Source of the DNA: Candidatus Omnitrophota bacterium
GTDB taxonomy: Bacteria; Omnitrophota; Gorgyraeia; Zapsychrales; JANLHA01
Reading direction: 5' to 3'
NCBI GenBank assembly: GCA_022711395.1
Contig: JAKLFA010000002.1
Span: 259,864 to 323,863 of the forward strand
DNA length: 64,000 bases
How positions within the stretch are numbered: the first letter of the stretch is position 1; each line of letters opens with the position of its first letter. This document shows, piece after piece, positions 59,751 to 64,000 of the stretch. The notes under the pieces are model-generated. The model had not been told where the DNA came from. It searched no databases and was given only the letters and a program-made list of their open reading frames with translations. A program made the translations under genes and the position numbers.

Positions 59751-60080
59751 TCAGAACTGTTGATAGTTTTCCTTCAAAGTTTCGAACTGCTGTTGCAATG
59801 TTTCCACAAAGGATTCCGCCTTGGCAGGGTCATAGGCTCCCCCCCGGGTCAGGTCATTCAATTGCCTTGCTGTTTCAGAGATCGGCAAAACCCTCAAATT
59901 GGCAAAATCCCCTTTGATCTTATGGGACAACGCCTGCAGACGTTCTACTGAATTGGCTTGTAAGGCCTCCATGAGTCCAGAGAGGTCTGTTGTCGTCTGC
60001 TCAATAGCCCGTCCCAGGATCTTCAAATAGATCCCCTGCGGGATCTTCAGTTCCTGGCATGCCATCTCAATATTGATCAT
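59751..60080 (-). CDS. Hpt (histidine phosphotransfer) domain protein
   Basis: LQALSHKIKGDFANLR is an HK(I)KG-type Hpt phospho-His motif within a roughly 110 aa helical protein. Confidence 0.65.
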   Translation of the reverse strand: MINIEMACQELKIPQGIYLKILGRAIEQTTTDLSGLMEALQANSVERLQALSHKIKGDFANLRVLPISETARQLNDLTRGGAYDPAKAESFVETLQQQFETLKENYQQF

Positions 60081-60092
60081 TTTTATCCCCCG

Positions 60093-60674
60093 TCAACGTT
60101 TAGGAACAACACCCATGGTCATGTCGATGATCAAACGGCGGACGCCGTCAATTTCACAGGTCATTTCGTAGTAATAATATTCTTTGGGGCAAAAATCGAT
60201 CCCCACGACCGCGCTGTTGCGATAGTTGATAAAATGGCTCATCTCAAGGTCCGTATAACCCGCCGACTTGATCTCGGATTTGAAACGGCCGGAGACAATA
60301 TTACAAAGCGTCCCGATGGAGTCCAGGAGGGCCTGCTCATTATCCTCATCCACCGGAGGATATTGGAGCATTTTCATGAGCTTGACCAAGTAGGCCTTCT
60401 CAACATAGGTGATCAACGCGCCCAGCGTCTTTTTCTTTTCCATCTCCGCCTGATTAGCGTAAAAATTAACGGCCGAAACATAGGTGATCTCATTATTGAA
60501 TTTATCGATTCCATCCGCACGGATCTTTCCGTCGAATTCAATGATCTGCTTATGGACAAGTTCCGGCGGGCTGGAAAATTCAACATCCCCGCGTTCTTTA
60601 AAAAGAGCGATCACGCCTTTTCTTAACAGCTCAGCATGATGAGACAGATCTTTATTTTGCGCGCCGAACAGCAT
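60093..60674 (-). CDS. CheX/CheC-like phosphatase-fold protein
   Basis: DSIGTLCNIVSGRF matches the E/D-x2-N-x3-G CheX/CheC motif. It is the only non-relay protein inside the phosphorelay cluster. The ATG at codon 12 of the track ORF avoids overlap with the upstream REC gene. Confidence 0.45.
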   Translation of the reverse strand: MLFGAQNKDLSHHAELLRKGVIALFKERGDVEFSSPPELVHKQIIEFDGKIRADGIDKFNNEITYVSAVNFYANQAEMEKKKTLGALITYVEKAYLVKLMKMLQYPPVDEDNEQALLDSIGTLCNIVSGRFKSEIKSAGYTDLEMSHFINYRNSAVVGIDFCPKEYYYYEMTCEIDGVRRLIIDMTMGVVPKR

Positions 60675-60684
60675 CGACGCCTCC

Positions 60685-61104
60685 TTATTTTTTCGAAATT
60701 TCCACAAACGGATAGATCACATCCAAAAGCGTCTCCGGGGTGTAAGGCTTTACGACATACCCGACCAGGTTGGGGTTGACCGTGCGGGCCTTCTTTTTGT
60801 TCTCATCCGTGCCGGAGGCCGTGACCATAATGATCGGGGTTTTTGAGACCTGTGGGACCTTGACCACCGCCTCCATGAATTCCATTCCCGACATCTGCGG
60901 CATCTGCCAATCCAGAAGAATGAGCCCGATCTCTTTATAACGGGTCCCCAACAACTGGACCGCGTCTTCCCCGGTCTTCGCCTGCAAAAAGTCATTACTG
61001 ACACCGGCGCTCTTGAGGACTTCGATCAAGAGCTCCCGTTCCAGATCGGAATCGTCGACCACCAGAATTTTTCTTTTTAATTGATCGCTCATACACGTCT
61101 CCAC
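60685..61104 (-). CDS. Single-domain response regulator (REC)
   Basis: KILVVDDSDLERELL...LILLDWQMP...K: the receiver signature. Confidence 0.85.
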   Translation of the reverse strand: METCMSDQLKRKILVVDDSDLERELLIEVLKSAGVSNDFLQAKTGEDAVQLLGTRYKEIGLILLDWQMPQMSGMEFMEAVVKVPQVSKTPIIMVTASGTDENKKKARTVNPNLVGYVVKPYTPETLLDVIYPFVEISKK

Positions 61105-63374
61105 TATTTTAAGAATTTATGGATCTTGTCTTTTAATTGGTCCACATCAAACGGTTTAGGCAGATAATCGGACATCCCGACCGCTAAGCATTTTTCACGT
61201 TCTTCCTGCACCTCGGCAGCGGTCAGGGCAATGATCGGAAGATCGAGTTTAAGATCCTGACGGATGACTTGTGAGGTTTCCAGTCCGCCTAAGACAGGCA
61301 TTTGCAGGTCCATGAAACAGATCTGAAACGTCTTTTGTTTTAAGAGGTCCAACGCCTCCTGTCCGTTAGAAGCGTAATCACAGATACACCCCAGCGTGTC
61401 AAAATGAACCCGCAGCAGTTCCTGGTTCGGTATGCTGTCTTCCACGACGAGAATACGCACTCCTTTAAAAAACGCATCATCATATCCGGGGCCAGCGTCT
61501 TCCGGGCTGGTTTTCATCCGGCGGCCTGTCGCCTGCCTTAACGTCGGAGCGAATTCATCGAGGAAAAGCGGCGTTGCAAGCAGGCCATTAAATCCTGCTG
61601 AACGGAATTTTACGTCATCAGATAATTTTACGTCCGAGGAAACCGCGATCAATTTGATGTTTTTGGTTGATGTCTGAGAACGGAGTTTATTGAACAGTTC
61701 ATAACCGGTCTCAGGATGCGGCAGCATGTCGATAAACACGATATCCGGCATGGATGAAGAAACATTGAGATATTCGGTCGCCTGTTTCGGGTTCTGGCAG
61801 ATCGCGACCAGTTGCACGCCTGTTTCGACGCACAACCGCTGCATGGCCCGGATCGTCATTTCCTGGGACGAAACGGTGACCACGCGAAGCCCGTTCAGGT
61901 CCGTCACAGGATCGGCCTGTGTCCGTTCCGCTGCGGTCTTGAAGGCCAGATCGAAATAAAAGTTGCTCCCTTTTCCCAGCTGGGATTCCACCCAGATCTT
62001 TCCACCCATGGCGACGACAAAGGCGCGGCATAGCGCTAAACCAAGCCCCGATCCGCCATAGAGGCGAGTGGTTGAAACATCCGCCTGAGTGAAGGTTTCA
62101 AAGACCTGTTCCTTTCGGTCATCCGGGATCCCGATCCCGGTGTCGCTGACGCGAAATCTTAAAGTATAAAGGTCGTTCTTGCGCTGCTCATAGCGGATAA
62201 AGATGCCGATCTCCCCTTTGTCGGTGAATTTGATCGCGTTATCCAGCAGGTTCATAAAAACCTGCTTGAGCCGCGTTGGATCGCCGACCAGATCTGTGGG
62301 CACATTGGGATCCATCTCCAAAAAGAGATTGATCGGCTTGCGGTCAAGGCGCGTGCGGATGATCTGGAAAACTTCCTGTGCGATGCTTTTTAAATTGAAC
62401 GGGATCGATTCTAACTTTAATTTTCCGGCCTCGACCTTGGAAAAATCCAAAATATTATTAACGATCTCCAAAAGCATTTTTCCGCTTAAGATGATCGTAT
62501 TAAGATGGTCCCTCTGCTTGCTGCCTTCCGGAAGTTTGCTTTTGATCAGATCCGTAAATCCCAGGATCGCGTTGATCAAGGTCCGGATTTCATGAGACAT
62601 ATTAGCAAGGTATTCGCTTTTGGCGCGGGCCTCATCCTGGGCCTTTTTCGTCAATTTGAGGGCCAATTCCCGCTCACGGATCAGTTCATGCTGACGTTCC
62701 TGGATCTTGGACTGGGCGTCTTTGAGCTTCTCCTCAAGCATTTCAAATTCGGACATCAGATGGGAAACCGTGGATGTCTCAAGAAAGAACGCCCCTTTCC
62801 CACCGGACTCATCAAATTTCTGTTTGATGATCATGTAGGTCGGTGTCTCGGGATCAAGCGTGAGCGGCTGAGCAACGCGTTCCACAGGCCGCGGCTTTGA
62901 AGTGGGAACGGGCCCTGGCAGATGCCCGTCACATACCCTGCGGATCTGATGGATCAATTCCTCGATATCAAAATAATCACTGACCAGCTTACCCTCATGT
63001 TCGATCTGCTCATCCAGAAGTTCCAATAGGTGCTGGATGCCTTTAACGGAGTCTGCTATCAGTCCCGCGATCGGGTCTTCAAAGAACCGTTCGCCTTTGC
63101 GGACAAAATTGATCAGTGTTTCCGCGTGTTTGGAAAGAAGACAAATATCCTGCAAATTGAGGAATTCGGCCAATCCGGAGATCGTATGGAACGTCTTGAA
63201 AATATTTTCAAGCGCTTCCTTGTCAGAATGAACGGTCTCGAGGACCAAAAGAGCGTTTCGGGCGGAGATCAAATGGCGCTGAGCTTCGCGGGAGAAATCG
63301 GTCAGCATTTCAGGCCCGTCCGAAAGATCCAATTGAGGAACTTGCGATTTGAATTCGATTTTGAGATGATCCAT
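61104..63374 (-). CDS. Hybrid sensor histidine kinase (Hpt-coiled coil-HisKA-HATPase-REC-REC), cytoplasmic
   Basis: N-terminal Hpt-like helices, the H-box MSHEIRTLINAILGF, N/G boxes (NLLDNAIKFT, GGSGLGLAL), then two receiver domains (..VLVVEDSIPNQ.. and a C-terminal one). No TM segments. Confidence 0.85.
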   Translation of the reverse strand: MDHLKIEFKSQVPQLDLSDGPEMLTDFSREAQRHLISARNALLVLETVHSDKEALENIFKTFHTISGLAEFLNLQDICLLSKHAETLINFVRKGERFFEDPIAGLIADSVKGIQHLLELLDEQIEHEGKLVSDYFDIEELIHQIRRVCDGHLPGPVPTSKPRPVERVAQPLTLDPETPTYMIIKQKFDESGGKGAFFLETSTVSHLMSEFEMLEEKLKDAQSKIQERQHELIRERELALKLTKKAQDEARAKSEYLANMSHEIRTLINAILGFTDLIKSKLPEGSKQRDHLNTIILSGKMLLEIVNNILDFSKVEAGKLKLESIPFNLKSIAQEVFQIIRTRLDRKPINLFLEMDPNVPTDLVGDPTRLKQVFMNLLDNAIKFTDKGEIGIFIRYEQRKNDLYTLRFRVSDTGIGIPDDRKEQVFETFTQADVSTTRLYGGSGLGLALCRAFVVAMGGKIWVESQLGKGSNFYFDLAFKTAAERTQADPVTDLNGLRVVTVSSQEMTIRAMQRLCVETGVQLVAICQNPKQATEYLNVSSSMPDIVFIDMLPHPETGYELFNKLRSQTSTKNIKLIAVSSDVKLSDDVKFRSAGFNGLLATPLFLDEFAPTLRQATGRRMKTSPEDAGPGYDDAFFKGVRILVVEDSIPNQELLRVHFDTLGCICDYASNGQEALDLLKQKTFQICFMDLQMPVLGGLETSQVIRQDLKLDLPIIALTAAEVQEEREKCLAVGMSDYLPKPFDVDQLKDKIHKFLK

Positions 63375-63452
63375 AAAATTCGATTAATAAGTATTAATAT
63401 CTGAAATTAATATAGCATGAAATAGGACAAAAAAAAGCCCGAAGAGGATTTT

Positions 63453-64000
63453 TTATTGGCTGGACTCGTTCCGGCAATCCTGCGTGATCTGGATAAATTC
63501 GGGAAGGATCAGCTCAAAGCGGTCCACCAGCTCAGGTTTGAACTTCTTACCTTTCTGGCTGATGATCTCCTGCGCGGCTTGCTGAGGCGTCCACGGACGC
63601 TTGTAAGGACGTTCTGAGATCAAGGCGTCAAAGACATCCGAAACACTGCAGATCTGTCCAACCAAGGGGATCTCATCTCCTTTAAGCCCTTTTGGATAAC
63701 CGGTCCCGTCCCAATTCTCATGATGTGACAAGGCGATCGTCTGGGCCATTTTCATGACCGGGGAACTGGCCCCGGTTAAAAGCTGAGCCCCGATCGTCGT
63801 GTGCGTTTTCATGATCTCAAATTCCTGAACGGTCAGTTTGGCGGGCTTTAAAAGGATACTGTCCGGGATCCCGATCTTTCCGATATCATGCAGAGGGCTG
63901 GCGGTCAGAACCAGCTCAACGTCCTGATCGCTGAACCCCATCGCCCGGGCCAGCCGTGCGCAATAGTGGCTCATGCGGATAATATGCGCCCCGGTCTCAT
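63453..64000 (-). CDS. HD-GYP domain phosphodiesterase, C-terminal part only; the 5' part lies beyond the window end
   Basis: ...HDIGKIGIPDSIL... and HHENWDGTGYPKGL. The reading frame stays open to position 64000. Confidence 0.8.
   Translation of the reverse strand, partial: ETGAHIIRMSHYCARLARAMGFSDQDVELVLTASPLHDIGKIGIPDSILLKPAKLTVQEFEIMKTHTTIGAQLLTGASSPVMKMAQTIALSHHENWDGTGYPKGLKGDEIPLVGQICSVSDVFDALISERPYKRPWTPQQAAQEIISQKGKKFKPELVDRFELILPEFIQITQDCRNESSQ

Overview
This is a dense 64 kb chromosomal window from an unidentified bacterium, roughly 50-55% GC by eye, with about 60 protein genes. I found no rRNA, tRNA, CRISPR array, transposase or integrase.

Most of the window is core metabolism and redox energetics:
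- ilvBN, acnA-leuCD-aroC, gltA-pepA-fumC, thiC, sod and trxB.
- A complete rnfBCDGEA operon led by an rseC-like gene.
- pntAA-pntAB-pntB.

Interleaved with these are accessory or regulatory islands:
- 1..998: the 5' part of an AmmeMemoRadiSam-type radical SAM gene with a ferredoxin.
- 1171..10181: a glycan export locus of the ABC-transporter-dependent type (wzm, wzt with an extra C-terminal domain, asnB-type amidotransferase, SAM methyltransferase, GT4, two GT2), flanked by a B12-binding radical SAM gene. A paralogous B12 radical SAM gene lies at 34227..35690.
- 10366..14539: a tightly packed minus-strand operon of mtaB, a TIR-like (PF10137-like) protein, a pseudopilin and a large protein with an HPr-kinase-type P-loop C-terminal domain. 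This is the best candidate for an undescribed system.
- 21502..23322: a 606 aa hypothetical with NMO/FabK-like motifs, next to sod and trxB.
- 35685..41340: an ECF sigma, an anti-sigma fused to a YfbK-like VWA domain, a secreted DUF4139-like protein and a class II photolyase.
- 42737..45273: a PilX-like protein with two minor pseudopilins, preceded by a leader carrying a GATAGGCCTATC palindrome and a terminator-like hairpin.
- 54714..55046: a PilZ protein whose start overlaps the fumC stop.
- 59355..64000: a multi-step phosphorelay (hybrid HK, two REC, Hpt, CheX-like) beside a partial HD-GYP gene.

Four intrinsic terminators and two candidate sigma70 promoters are visible. Adjusted start codons come from codon counts on the supplied ORF track. 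Several track ORFs begin at TTG or GTG.
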